DNA of 64,000 nucleotides from NCBI GenBank assembly GCA_022447855.1, contig JAKUTX010000005.1:4467-68466 (forward strand). The letters run 5' to 3'. Below are positions 1 to 9,426 of the stretch, one piece after another. How positions within the stretch are numbered: position 1 is the stretch's first letter; the number at the start of each line of letters is the position of its first letter. The notes under the pieces were generated by a model. The model saw nothing but the letters and a program-made list of their open reading frames with translations. It did not search any database and had not been told where the DNA came from. The translations under genes and the position numbers were made by a program. Origin of the DNA: SAR202 cluster bacterium. GTDB taxonomy: Bacteria > Chloroflexota > Dehalococcoidia > Lucifugimonadales > UBA6927.

Positions 1-393
1 AGTTAACATGTGAACTTCATCAATAATGTATATTTTAAATTTCCCGATTGCTGGAGAAAAATGGATCTTTTCACTTATTTCTCTGATGCCGTCTATACTA
101 CGGTTACTTGCAGCATCAATTTCAATTAAATCCATTGCAGTACCTTCATTGATTGACTGGCAAAGGTCACACTGGTTGTCTGGTTCTCCATTATTCGGCG
201 ATGTACAATTTAGTGCTTTTGCAAGGATTCTTGCAGTACTTGTTTTGCCGGTTCCTCTAGGGCCACAAAATAAGTATGCATGAGCAATATGATTAATGGA
301 CATTGCACGATGCAAAATTGTAGTTACATGGGTTTGTCCCATGATTTCTGATAGACTGGATGGACGCCATTTCCTATAAAATACGTCAGTCAT
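1..393 (-). CDS. dnaX: DNA polymerase III subunit gamma/tau, N-terminal 131 codons (continues beyond window start)
   Basis: Not in ORF track because it runs off the window. My minus-strand translation from ATG at 393..391: MTDVFYRKWRPSSLSEIMGQ..AHAYLFCGPRGTGKTSTARILAKALNC..CDLCQSI..IEIDAASNRSIDGIREI..KIYIIDEVHMLT. Walker A GPRGTGKT, Walker B IIDEVH and the Cys cluster are laid out as in DnaX. The start overlaps the ybeY stop by 8 nt. Confidence 0.9.
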   Translation of the reverse strand, partial: MTDVFYRKWRPSSLSEIMGQTHVTTILHRAMSINHIAHAYLFCGPRGTGKTSTARILAKALNCTSPNNGEPDNQCDLCQSINEGTAMDLIEIDAASNRSIDGIREISEKIHFSPAIGKFKIYIIDEVHMLT

Positions 394-913
394 TCCCGGA
401 TCCATTCTTTAATGCCTGGTCAATTTTAAGGTTCATTTCATGTTCTTCGTTGGGGTCACGGTGGTCATAGCCAAGTAAGTGTAGCACACCATGTGATAAG
501 AGATGATTTAATTCTTTCTTTGTTGAAATATTTGATGTTTTTGCTTGTCTTTGCGCCTGGGGGAAAGAGATGAAAATCTCACCCAGATCTAGTGCAGTTG
601 TTATATCAGGAGGTAGAATGAATTCCTCGTCTTCATCCCAAAATGAGGTTGGAGAATCTGACCCGTAATAAACACCTTGAGTTTTGAATCCAAATGCAAG
701 CACGTCTGTTGTATTGTCGATTCCTCGAAACTGATTGTTGAGCCTTTGGATTTCTTCGTCATCAGTAATTACTATAATTACTTGAGCATCTGTTGAGGTT
801 TCGCCTTCAACCAAAGTGTCAATTACAACTTTGACTAATTCGCTTTCAGAAATTAAGGCTACAAAATCTGGATCGACATGGATTGTAATATTTGGAGATA
901 AGCTTTGATCCAT
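386..913 (-). CDS. ybeY: rRNA maturation endoribonuclease YbeY
   Basis: 175 aa. C-terminal metal-binding motif HGVLHLLGYDH (HxxxHxxGxxH) is diagnostic of the YbeY/UPF0054 family. Confidence 0.9.
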   Translation of the reverse strand: MDQSLSPNITIHVDPDFVALISESELVKVVIDTLVEGETSTDAQVIIVITDDEEIQRLNNQFRGIDNTTDVLAFGFKTQGVYYGSDSPTSFWDEDEEFILPPDITTALDLGEIFISFPQAQRQAKTSNISTKKELNHLLSHGVLHLLGYDHRDPNEEHEMNLKIDQALKNGSGND

Positions 914-974
914 TTTTTAATCCAAGAAATCCTTAGAATTCAATCAATCCATTGGCTTTTACGAGGTAGCAGAT

Positions 975-1850
975 TTATTTTTCTTGCATTGGTTGAGGAG
1001 ACTGCAGGAATTCGAACAAATCACTTTCAGCAGGAATTACTAAAGTTGAATTTTCTTTAAGTGAACTCGAATATGCTTCCAAGGATCTTTGGAATTTATA
1101 AAAATCAGGGCTTTGGCCAACGGCCTCTGCAAATATAGATATAGATTCTGCTTCACCTGCACCACGAACTATGTTAGCATCACGCTCTGCCTCAGCACGA
1201 ATAATAGCAGTCTGTCTGTCTACAGAAGATCGTATTTCTGCATCCTGCTGCGCACCTTCAGCTCTTTCTCTATCAGCGATCCTTTTACGTTCTGCACGCA
1301 TTCTTTCATAAATACTTTCAGAAATCTCTGGAGGAAAGTCAGCTCGCTTCATTCTTACATCTATTATTACAATCCCAAATTCAGACAATTGCGGGGCAAC
1401 TGCGTCACGAACGTTGTTCATGATTTTTGATCTACTAGTTCGTATGATTTCTGCTTGAGTATCCTTAGCTATTTCCTCTCGGAGTTCGGAAGAGATAATT
1501 GCAATCACACGAGATTGTGCTTGAGCTTCGCTGTTAAGAGTACGGTAGAACCTAAATGGATCCGTAATTTTACCTCTAGCGTAAATATCAATTACCAGTC
1601 GCTTTTTATCTTTTGTTAGAAGCGTATCATCCGGAGGAGCATCGAATAATAACAATCTTTTATCAAAGTATCTTGTTTGGTCCACGAACGGGGCTTTAAT
1701 GTTTAATCCCGGAGTCTTAACAGATCTTAAAGGTTCTCCAAAACGGGTAACGATTGCCATATTTGTTTCGTCCACCACGAAAAAAGCTTGAGGAACAAAT
1801 ATTGCTGCTAGGACTATGATCGCTATAATAATCGAGGCTAAGGCTTTCAT
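975..1850 (-). CDS. hflC: SPFH/band-7 protease modulator HflC
   Basis: 291 aa with an N-terminal TM helix and an SPFH-domain-like sequence. Sits 2 nt downstream of the hflK-like gene, in the canonical hflK-hflC order. Confidence 0.8.
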   Translation of the reverse strand: MKALASIIIAIIVLAAIFVPQAFFVVDETNMAIVTRFGEPLRSVKTPGLNIKAPFVDQTRYFDKRLLLFDAPPDDTLLTKDKKRLVIDIYARGKITDPFRFYRTLNSEAQAQSRVIAIISSELREEIAKDTQAEIIRTSRSKIMNNVRDAVAPQLSEFGIVIIDVRMKRADFPPEISESIYERMRAERKRIADRERAEGAQQDAEIRSSVDRQTAIIRAEAERDANIVRGAGEAESISIFAEAVGQSPDFYKFQRSLEAYSSSLKENSTLVIPAESDLFEFLQSPQPMQEK

Positions 1851-1852
1851 TA

Positions 1853-2884
1853 TTACTCACCTCCCTGCGGATTTGTAATTGTTTGAGTCGATCCATCCAA
1901 TGGCAAGAACTGAAGCATATTTCCACCAACAGTCTCACTAATGATGTATTTGGTAACCCCCGGAAGGATTTTTTCCATTGACTCAAGATATAATCTTTGT
2001 CGTGTAATATCAGGAGCTTTTTCATATTCTTCTAAAACTTTCAAGAATTTTTCTGCCTGACCTGTAGCATCAGCAATTCTTTCTTGTCTGAATGCTTCAC
2101 TAGCTTCTAAAACTCTAGCAGCATCTCCCCTAGCTCTGGGGAGCTGGTCTTCTTGATAAGCTTGAGCAAGGTTTACGATTTGGGATTTTTCTTCTCGTGC
2201 TCTCACTACGTCGTCAAAAGCATCGCGAACTTGCATTGGAGCAGAAACCGATTGTAGCTTTACTTCTCTTATGTTTACTCCAGAGCCATATTGATCAAGC
2301 AGCTGTTGCATTAGTAGCTTTGTTTCAGCTTGTACTGCAGATTTTTCAGTGGTCAGTACATCATCGATGTTTCTAGATCCGACAACTTGTCGAATAGCAG
2401 TTTCAGCAACATCCTTCATAGTGGAACCTTCTGGGTCAACTACTTCAAATAGATAATCTTTTAAGTTTTTAATGTCATACTGTACTACCATCTGGGTTTC
2501 AACGATATTTTCGTCACCAGTAATCATCATTGATTCAGCTAATACGGAAGTGCTTTCTCCGTTGATTTCACGAAAGCCTAATTCAAGTGTTCTAACTTGA
2601 TTGACCTGAACTATGTCACGATTTCCAATTGGTGAAGGGAACCACCATCTTAGACCAGGAGATTCAATTGTCTGAAAGTCACCTAATAATCTAGTAGCGG
2701 CTTGTTCTCCAGGCTGAACCGTGTAAACACCTGATCCAAGCCACAAAAGAGCTACAAGAATAATGCCGCCTATTAAAAGGAATGGTAGAAATCCACCACC
2801 TTTACCAGAAAAGCGTCCACCAAATGAACGAAATTTTTCGGTTAGTTGATCAAAGTTTACTTCTGGGTCATCTTGTCTGTACAT
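1853..2884 (-). CDS. hflK: SPFH/band-7 protease modulator HflK
   Basis: 343 aa. Gly-rich N-terminus followed by a TM helix (FLPFLLIGGIILVALLWLG), an SPFH domain and a coiled-coil C-terminal part. Confidence 0.8.
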   Translation of the reverse strand: MYRQDDPEVNFDQLTEKFRSFGGRFSGKGGGFLPFLLIGGIILVALLWLGSGVYTVQPGEQAATRLLGDFQTIESPGLRWWFPSPIGNRDIVQVNQVRTLELGFREINGESTSVLAESMMITGDENIVETQMVVQYDIKNLKDYLFEVVDPEGSTMKDVAETAIRQVVGSRNIDDVLTTEKSAVQAETKLLMQQLLDQYGSGVNIREVKLQSVSAPMQVRDAFDDVVRAREEKSQIVNLAQAYQEDQLPRARGDAARVLEASEAFRQERIADATGQAEKFLKVLEEYEKAPDITRQRLYLESMEKILPGVTKYIISETVGGNMLQFLPLDGSTQTITNPQGGE

Positions 2885-2946
2885 GATGATTTTCCTTATT
2901 AAGAATGGCTAAATTTTATCATATAGATACAAATTATGTCCAAGTA

Positions 2947-4164
2947 TTAATTAATGCTTGATTTGTGTAAAAGTTTAGAATATTCATTCATGTTATTTAT
3001 TTCCAAGACCGCATCTAAAAACTTTTCTAAACTTGAATAGGAGTTTCTAAGTTGTCTGACTTGAGATCCTATTGGGCTGATTGAAGCTGCACTTTCTCCA
3101 TAGGTTCCATGAAATGCGAACCAAGCTTGATTAAGTTTGCGAATGTTATATCCATTTTCATTGAACAGTTTCTTTCGGATATCCATATATTCTTCAGCAT
3201 CAGCGATTTTGTTTTTTGCAAGAAGAGATTCTGTTTCAAGGCGAGTGATTTTCATCTCATAGTTAAAATCAAATTTATTTGGTGTTTGGATTTTGGGTGT
3301 TTGTGCCAGTTCAAAATTAGATTCAATTGAATCTTTTGCAAGGTTTGCAATTTCCTCTCCAAATAGAGTTGCGATGGTTTCATTAAGAGTTTTCAGTGAA
3401 TTAGAATTATGCATGTTTTGTCCTAGGGGATGAAAAAATGCATAGTGGTGAAACCATTCGTGTGCTGTAATAGTTAAAATCTTGTTTAGAGAAACACCAT
3501 GAGGAATTGCCGATGGATAAGTTGCAATCCCTCCGATTTTAGATACCAGTGCTGATAGATTTTCTTCGCGCATTATGCTTTTTTCCAACATATCTGATTC
3601 TTCATCAGATATGTTCGGGTTTATTAGCACATCATTCAATCGAAAAATTTTATTTCTTGGGGAAGTGATTAAGACATTTGGAGTATCACCAAGATTGATG
3701 TCAACAGGGGGAAAGGTTATCTTCCCCCAAGTAGCCAGATTTTTTTCTGCAAGAACCTTATTTATACGGCTTTCGATGATTTCTTCAACTTCGTTGGTAA
3801 TTAAATCTCTTTCATGGATAGTTGATTTTAAATTAAAATTCGAAGAATCAAGTTTGTTGGTCGATAGGCTAGTGTTTTTGTTGTTGATCTGGCGATTTAA
3901 TTGGATATATTTCAGGACGAGTTGATTTTCGGAATCTTTGTTTTTGGATCCAGGAGATATCGACTTGAGTATTTTATTAGCCCATTTTTTAGGGAAATGG
4001 TTTACTTCCCAAATGACAAGATTAAATCTATTCCCTTTTGCGTTAGATGCTTTGTCTAAAAAAGATTGTTCCATTCCATTTTTTGTATCTTGAGGTATTA
4101 CATGCATTAATGAAACAGCAAAAAAGATTATTAGAGAAAATACGATTTTTTTGTTACTAATCAA
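2947..4164 (-). CDS. membrane-anchored hypothetical protein with HExxH motif (putative zinc metallopeptidase)
   Basis: 405 aa. N-terminal hydrophobic anchor (IVFSLIIFFAVSLMHV) and a single HExxH (AHEWFHH). Family not recognised. Lies 62 nt upstream of hflK on the same strand. Confidence 0.4.
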   Translation of the reverse strand: MISNKKIVFSLIIFFAVSLMHVIPQDTKNGMEQSFLDKASNAKGNRFNLVIWEVNHFPKKWANKILKSISPGSKNKDSENQLVLKYIQLNRQINNKNTSLSTNKLDSSNFNLKSTIHERDLITNEVEEIIESRINKVLAEKNLATWGKITFPPVDINLGDTPNVLITSPRNKIFRLNDVLINPNISDEESDMLEKSIMREENLSALVSKIGGIATYPSAIPHGVSLNKILTITAHEWFHHYAFFHPLGQNMHNSNSLKTLNETIATLFGEEIANLAKDSIESNFELAQTPKIQTPNKFDFNYEMKITRLETESLLAKNKIADAEEYMDIRKKLFNENGYNIRKLNQAWFAFHGTYGESAASISPIGSQVRQLRNSYSSLEKFLDAVLEINNMNEYSKLLHKSSIN

Positions 4165-4296
4165 TAGGCCTACTCGTTAAAAAATTGTAATTTAAAAACC
4201 AGGTGAATTATTTTGGTTTTTGGTGAATAATTATCTTATCAATTTTTTAGGTTTCTATCAGTTGAAGTATAGTGATTTAATTTCGGAGCTAAAATC

Positions 4297-4944
4297 GTGA
4301 TAGTTGTTCAAATGGATTTTGACAATACTATTTCTGTTGGTAATGTTAGTATCGAACTAAGGAATGAATTTGCCCCAGCAATATGGCGTGAAATGGAGAA
4401 AGAATATACCTTAGGGAAATTTTCTGTAGAAGAAAGTAATGTTCGTCAGTATGCTCTTATTCCCTTCGGACAAAGCCAAATCCAGTCTTTTGTTTTAGCA
4501 AATTGTTATTTAAAAGACGGGTTTTCAGAATTTGTAGAAACTTGTTATAGCTTGGGGGCAATTCCTGTGATAGTGAGTAGTGGCCTGGATTTTTATATTG
4601 TTCCTTTGATTGAGAGAGAAGGATTGAAGAACCTACAGATAATTTCTGCTAAAGGCTCGTTCCATAAATCAGGAATTGAAGTAAATTACTTTGGTCCGAA
4701 TGGAAAACAAATTAGTAAAGGATTTAAAGAAGCTTATTTAAGAGATTTCAAAGCTGCTGGACACACAGTGATATATTTTGGTGATAATGAATCCGATTTT
4801 GTAGCGGCATCGGAAGCAGATTTTGTTTTTGCATGCGATAGTCTAGTGGAATATTGCAAATTAAATTCAATTCCTCATAAAGAATTCAGGGATTATTTTG
4901 ATGCTCAAGAGATTCTGGTTGAAAAATTTGACAGTTTTAATTGA
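4297..4944 (+). CDS. HAD-superfamily phosphatase (HAD-IB / MtnX-like)
   Basis: 215 aa. HAD motif I DxDxT at the N-terminus (VVQMDFDNTIS) and motif IV GDxxxD (YFGDNESD). GTG start with GGAG 8 nt upstream. Confidence 0.6.
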   Translation: MIVVQMDFDNTISVGNVSIELRNEFAPAIWREMEKEYTLGKFSVEESNVRQYALIPFGQSQIQSFVLANCYLKDGFSEFVETCYSLGAIPVIVSSGLDFYIVPLIEREGLKNLQIISAKGSFHKSGIEVNYFGPNGKQISKGFKEAYLRDFKAAGHTVIYFGDNESDFVAASEADFVFACDSLVEYCKLNSIPHKEFRDYFDAQEILVEKFDSFN

Positions 4945-4971
4945 AGGGGATTTTATGGAAATTTCTGAAAG

Positions 4972-5685
4972 TTAAGAATTTTTCATCCTAAAGATTCTTA
5001 GGAATCTATCTTGATAATGTTCGAATAATCCCCACCGATCTAGTTCTTGTTTTAATTCTTCGGCGTTGCCGCCTGATTCAACTTTTCTGAAAAGTTTCTC
5101 AATTTGATCTTTTGCTGCTTTGGGCGCTCCTCCCAACTCGGGTATTGGGTCTAGAACGCCAGACAATTGCATTTCATTAATGTTATGCCGAGCTGAAGAT
5201 GAAGTAAATTCGTAAATAAATTTCAAAAGAACTATATCCCAGCAAGCATCAACTCCTACCATTACAACAGCTAAATTTTCTTTTCGATTATCTAAATCGT
5301 CACGGATTTTGTGTGCAATTTCAATAGTGGAGCCGCTTACGATATCGGTTTTGAAAGCTTCGTTACGGTATTTGTAAAGTATTCCGGGACTATTCCCTCC
5401 ATATTGTCTGGATAATTGTCCTAAGAATTCGTATGCCTCGTCACTGAATCCTTCTAAATTCATTCCATAGGTAGGAGTAATAATTGCTGGTTTCTCTGCA
5501 ATTACTCTTCCGGTTCTCACCACACCTTCTGGAGAATTGGTGTTTGAAGGTATCGCATCACTATAAAGTGGTTCTGTCACAACATAGTAGGAAATATTTG
5601 TGACTCCAAAAGTGGTTAAGCTTTGTTTTGGAAATCTAACTATCCATGATTGTTCAATTGCTTGTTTCCATTCATTTGGATTCAT
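4972..5685 (-). CDS. hypothetical protein (no signal peptide, family not recognised)
   Basis: 237-aa ORF. Its ATG overlaps the stop of the upstream peptidase gene by 4 nt (5682..5685), which suggests translational coupling. Confidence 0.5.
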   Translation of the reverse strand: MNPNEWKQAIEQSWIVRFPKQSLTTFGVTNISYYVVTEPLYSDAIPSNTNSPEGVVRTGRVIAEKPAIITPTYGMNLEGFSDEAYEFLGQLSRQYGGNSPGILYKYRNEAFKTDIVSGSTIEIAHKIRDDLDNRKENLAVVMVGVDACWDIVLLKFIYEFTSSSARHNINEMQLSGVLDPIPELGGAPKAAKDQIEKLFRKVESGGNAEELKQELDRWGLFEHYQDRFLRIFRMKNS

Positions 5686-7115
5686 AATAAAGGTTTCTCG
5701 GAAGATCGATTTTTTAATTTGAGTCTCTTTCTTGCCAAAGGAATTAATCCAACAATTAGCAGGATTGGTAATTCCATGGAATTTAACCCATTAGAAGATT
5801 TTGATGGGTTGCATCCTGGTGATGTTAGTTGTTGAGGTTCTTCTTGGATCTTTTCATTAACAACTTCAGTAGAGTTATCTAATTGGGTTGATTGACCCGA
5901 TGTTGACAAGTTTGCAACAGTATAAGGAGCGATTGTTGATATTGGGATAGGAGTTGGAAGCAATTTCTCTTTGTCGAGCAGATGATATTCTGGTGCTCCA
6001 ACAGAATTTCTCCATAAATTTTCTGCTTCAAGCAGGGAAATATCATAAACAATTTTAAATGATGTTTCAGCATTTTTACCGCTTTTAATTGTTGCCATTA
6101 ATTCGGTTATCGATTTTTCACCAAAGGTTTCAATTATGAAAGATATAAAACTTTTTGACTGACCATAGAAAATCATTATGTCATCAGCAGTTCCAGGCAT
6201 TCCTTGCATTGTAGTTATTGGAAGAAGTCTGTTAGTTTCTATTGCAAAATCTAATGCGGCATCGTAAGAAAATCCTGAATTTAGATTCCCGTATTCTGCG
6301 AGTCCTTCATGTAACCATGACGGGACGGAACGGGCACGTTTTTCGGCAGCTCTATGAATTAATATGTGGGTTACTTCGTGGGAGGCGGTTCCGAGAGCTA
6401 ATGAACCACCAGCCTGCATGAGTATGGTTCCCATTGTAGTGTATGCTTGACCTTCTGTGATTAGCTCAGTTCTAATCGATTTACTTCCGGGTGGTAATGC
6501 TCCTAACATTTCTCTGTTGTTATTGTATATGGTGATTCTTATAGGCACTGAAAGATCGGATCCAAGAATTGGTCCCATACGTTCAACAGTTTTGAACGTA
6601 ACGTCTAATACGGCTTTTGCACGTCTTTTTATCGGCCCATGATATCCTACTGTGACGGATCCATTTGATACATAGTCCCAAGAGTAATTTGGGTCTTCAT
6701 AAACAAATTCTTTTTTTGGAGTAGTAAGTTTTTGATTTGTATCGTCTAAAATTTCAAAAGAGTAAGTGATAATCGTTCCTGGTGGGATATGCCTTGAAGC
6801 GGTGTTGGTACGCCAAAAGAAATTTGCGTGAGTTGTACCGCTATTTTCGAGTTCCATGTAGTCGTAAACCATAGTGGCTTGTTGACCAATCCTAAATCTT
6901 ACAATTACTTCTTCAATTCTGTTGGCGGAATCAATTTCTAATTTGTATCTTATGCCTTGAGGGAATTCGGTTTTTACTGACTCTTCTATGATTTTAATCT
7001 TATTTTCAGCGTTCAAAATTTGTGGCTGAATTATACTGGCGAGAATATAAGTAAATATCGGAAAAAATAAAATAAAAAGTAAATGAAGCCGATAGGAAAT
7101 TTTGATGTTCGTCAT
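5682..7115 (-). CDS. gluzincin-type (peptidase MA-like) metalloprotease, N- and C-terminally anchored
   Basis: 477 aa. HEVTH followed 19 residues later by E in WLHEGLAEY (HExxH-x19-E gluzincin pattern). N-terminal signal/anchor, plus a C-terminal hydrophobic helix followed by a basic tail (ELPILLIVGLIPLARKRLKLKNR). Confidence 0.55.
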   Translation of the reverse strand: MTNIKISYRLHLLFILFFPIFTYILASIIQPQILNAENKIKIIEESVKTEFPQGIRYKLEIDSANRIEEVIVRFRIGQQATMVYDYMELENSGTTHANFFWRTNTASRHIPPGTIITYSFEILDDTNQKLTTPKKEFVYEDPNYSWDYVSNGSVTVGYHGPIKRRAKAVLDVTFKTVERMGPILGSDLSVPIRITIYNNNREMLGALPPGSKSIRTELITEGQAYTTMGTILMQAGGSLALGTASHEVTHILIHRAAEKRARSVPSWLHEGLAEYGNLNSGFSYDAALDFAIETNRLLPITTMQGMPGTADDIMIFYGQSKSFISFIIETFGEKSITELMATIKSGKNAETSFKIVYDISLLEAENLWRNSVGAPEYHLLDKEKLLPTPIPISTIAPYTVANLSTSGQSTQLDNSTEVVNEKIQEEPQQLTSPGCNPSKSSNGLNSMELPILLIVGLIPLARKRLKLKNRSSEKPLL

Positions 7116-7196
7116 CAGAGATAATCTTTTTGGAATAATTTCTTGAATGTATATTCAGAATAACTTTGCTAAATATTTCATTTAACTAAATGAAAA

Positions 7197-7224
7197 TTGA
7201 CATAAACCATATTCGCATTATAGA
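7197..7224 (+). promoter_or_regulatory. candidate sigma70-type promoter for bioY
   Basis: TTGACA (7197..7202), 16-nt spacer, TATAGA (7219..7224), about 55 nt upstream of the bioY start. Pattern match only. Confidence 0.35.
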
Positions 7225-7277
7225 CTCTGGCAGTTGTCGTAGCAATCTAACTTGGTTGTTAAATTTTTAAGAATCCT

Positions 7278-8009
7278 ATGGAGAAATTTATGATTGCAGG
7301 TGTTAGAAGGAACGTTTTAATAGACGAAGTAATTCCTGAAAGATGGACTCTAAGAGTACATCCGATTCTTTTAGATGTAATTGTAATGTCGGCATTTGCA
7401 TTTTTTGTTGCAGTTTTTGCACAGATAACTTTTTATGTGCCTTGGACCCCAGTTCCGGTTACAGGCCAAACCTTCGCAGTTTTGGTCACAGGCGGAGCTT
7501 TGGGCTTTTCGAGAGGCGTTGGGGCATTAATAATTTATATGATTATGGGACTATTAAGTTTGCCTGTGTTTGCTCCTGTTTCTGCTGATTTGGCTCTCAA
7601 TGTAGATTCAGGATGGGCCGTTCATTTGATTTTTCCTTGGCATGGCTCTGCTGCAGAATTTTGGGAAATAACTACGAAAGCTAGCTTTGGATATATAGTT
7701 GGATTTGTATTTGCTGGTGCATTGGTTGGACATTTCGCTCACCATGCATGGGATCGAAAACCAATGGGTATTTTAGTGATGTTCTTGGCAAACATTTTAA
7801 TTTATGTTCCTGGATTAATTTGGTTGTGGATTGTGTTAGGTCCGATGAAGGACGAGACTCTTAAACTGTCTCAGGTATTGCAATGGGGATTGTATCCATT
7901 CATAGTTGGCGATTTGATGAAGCTTTATTTGGCATTTTTGACGCTGCCTATTGCTTGGACATTGGTTGAAAAAATTAAAAGAAATAATTCTATAGATCAA
8001 GACAAATAA
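7278..8009 (+). CDS. bioY: biotin transporter BioY (ECF S-component type)
   Basis: 243 aa, multi-TM. The conserved BioY block PVPVTGQTFAVLVTGGALG resembles the family motif PVPxTLQTFAVxLxG. Confidence 0.8.
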   Translation: MEKFMIAGVRRNVLIDEVIPERWTLRVHPILLDVIVMSAFAFFVAVFAQITFYVPWTPVPVTGQTFAVLVTGGALGFSRGVGALIIYMIMGLLSLPVFAPVSADLALNVDSGWAVHLIFPWHGSAAEFWEITTKASFGYIVGFVFAGALVGHFAHHAWDRKPMGILVMFLANILIYVPGLIWLWIVLGPMKDETLKLSQVLQWGLYPFIVGDLMKLYLAFLTLPIAWTLVEKIKRNNSIDQDK

Positions 8010-8293
8010 ATTTTAGTTTCTGCGTGAGGAAAAATTACTTCTAAATTTGCTTGTCTTTCTCGTTGTAGAGTTTCTGAGTAGCTAATGTATTCTGGAGATT
8101 CTAACGGTAGATTGTGTGGACAAGATTGATTCCTCTCTTCCTGAGGACACATATGCATTTCGGGATTGTTAGTCCATAGTCCAACTAATTTCATTGGATA
8201 GAAAAGTGTTTCAGCCACATTTCTTAAATCTGCTGGAATCTCGCTTGCCCTTGTTTCGGATTGAGTTTCTAATGCAATGATTATTTGATCCAT
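7997..8293 (-). CDS. hypothetical protein
   Basis: 98-aa ORF starting 2 nt after the thiL stop. Its 3' end overlaps the convergent bioY 3' end by 13 nt. No motif recognised. Confidence 0.35.
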   Translation of the reverse strand: MDQIIIALETQSETRASEIPADLRNVAETLFYPMKLVGLWTNNPEMHMCPQEERNQSCPHNLPLESPEYISYSETLQRERQANLEVIFPHAETKIYLS

Positions 8294-8294
8294 T

Positions 8295-9335
8295 TTACCC
8301 TTCCTGTGATTTAAAATGGTCCCATCCGTTGTAGGTGGGGACGACAGATTTTCCTGTAGAATCTACTAATGTCACATTGTTTTTTTCCGAAGTAATTTTC
8401 CCAATAATATTGATTTGAGTATTTAAAGTTTTTTGAGCGAGAGAAATTATTTTTTCATTACCTGAAAAAAGTAATTCGTAGTCTTCTCCACCGCTAACTG
8501 CAAATTCTATCCAGTCATTTGGAAATAAAATTTTCAAATCAGGACTAATTGGTATTTGATTTAGAAATATGTTGGCTCCAACATTACTAGATGAGCACAT
8601 TTTTTTTAAATCAGTCATTAACCCATCACTTATATCCATTGCAGCTTTCACTCCTAATTTAGCTAATTTAGCTCCTTCAGATACTCTAGAGGATGGGTGA
8701 AGATGTGATTCAATCAAATTTTTTACCATACTTGAATTAAAGTCCATTAGATTTGGATTTTTCAAAATATGTAATCCCGCAGCAGAGGATCCCAAAGTTC
8801 CAGTAACGCATAAGAGATCACCAGGTAGTAATTTATTTCTATAAAGGATTTGTCTCTCGGTATGATCTATAGGCAGTGAACCATTCATTGTTACGGAGAT
8901 GAAAAAAGTTTCTGATGCAACAATGTCTCCACCAATTATTGTGCCGCCAAGTTCGTGACAGGCTTTGGACATTCCTTGATATAGTTGCAAGATTCCATCG
9001 ACTGGCAAATCAGGTCTCAATCCTAAAGTAATGGTAGCAAATGTTGGCTTACACCCCATGGATGCAATATCGCTTTGAGAAGATATGATGGATTTCCATC
9101 CTAGATCTTGGAAGGTTGTCCACTCTAAGTTGAAGTGGACATTTTCTACTAGAGCATCAGTAGTAATAACATTTGATGTGTGCGAACTTTTAAAAACTGC
9201 AGCATCGTCATCAATTGATAAAATTAAATCATGTCCTAGTTTTTTTATGGATTCGATAGAAGTTTCATTTTGAGGAGAAACAATTTTTTGTATTCTGTTG
9301 ATTAGTTCAAATTCACTTATTTCTGAAACCAACAT
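8295..9335 (-). CDS. thiL: thiamine-monophosphate kinase
   Basis: 346 aa. PurM/AIR-synthase-like fold signature with an N-terminal DDAAV block (SIDDDAAVF) and a GGD block (IIGGDIV), typical of ThiL. Confidence 0.85.
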   Translation of the reverse strand: MLVSEISEFELINRIQKIVSPQNETSIESIKKLGHDLILSIDDDAAVFKSSHTSNVITTDALVENVHFNLEWTTFQDLGWKSIISSQSDIASMGCKPTFATITLGLRPDLPVDGILQLYQGMSKACHELGGTIIGGDIVASETFFISVTMNGSLPIDHTERQILYRNKLLPGDLLCVTGTLGSSAAGLHILKNPNLMDFNSSMVKNLIESHLHPSSRVSEGAKLAKLGVKAAMDISDGLMTDLKKMCSSSNVGANIFLNQIPISPDLKILFPNDWIEFAVSGGEDYELLFSGNEKIISLAQKTLNTQINIIGKITSEKNNVTLVDSTGKSVVPTYNGWDHFKSQEG

Positions 9336-9426
9336 TATGTAATCCTCTAAAGATCTTATAAATAGTTTTAACGTTGAACTTATGTTATTATACCGCTCAA
9401 CTCAATTAAGAGTTTTTTGAGGCGTT

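Noticed and set aside
26-283. 85-aa plus-strand ORF at the window start
   Set aside because: It lies antisense to a clear DnaX N-terminus on the minus strand (Walker A/B intact), so it is a shadow ORF.
7997-8293. 98-aa ORF after thiL as a possible tsaE (a common thiL neighbour) or a small selenoprotein
   Set aside because: It has no P-loop (TsaE needs GxxGxGKT), no in-frame TGA, and no CxxU/UxxC-like redox motif context. It is left as hypothetical.
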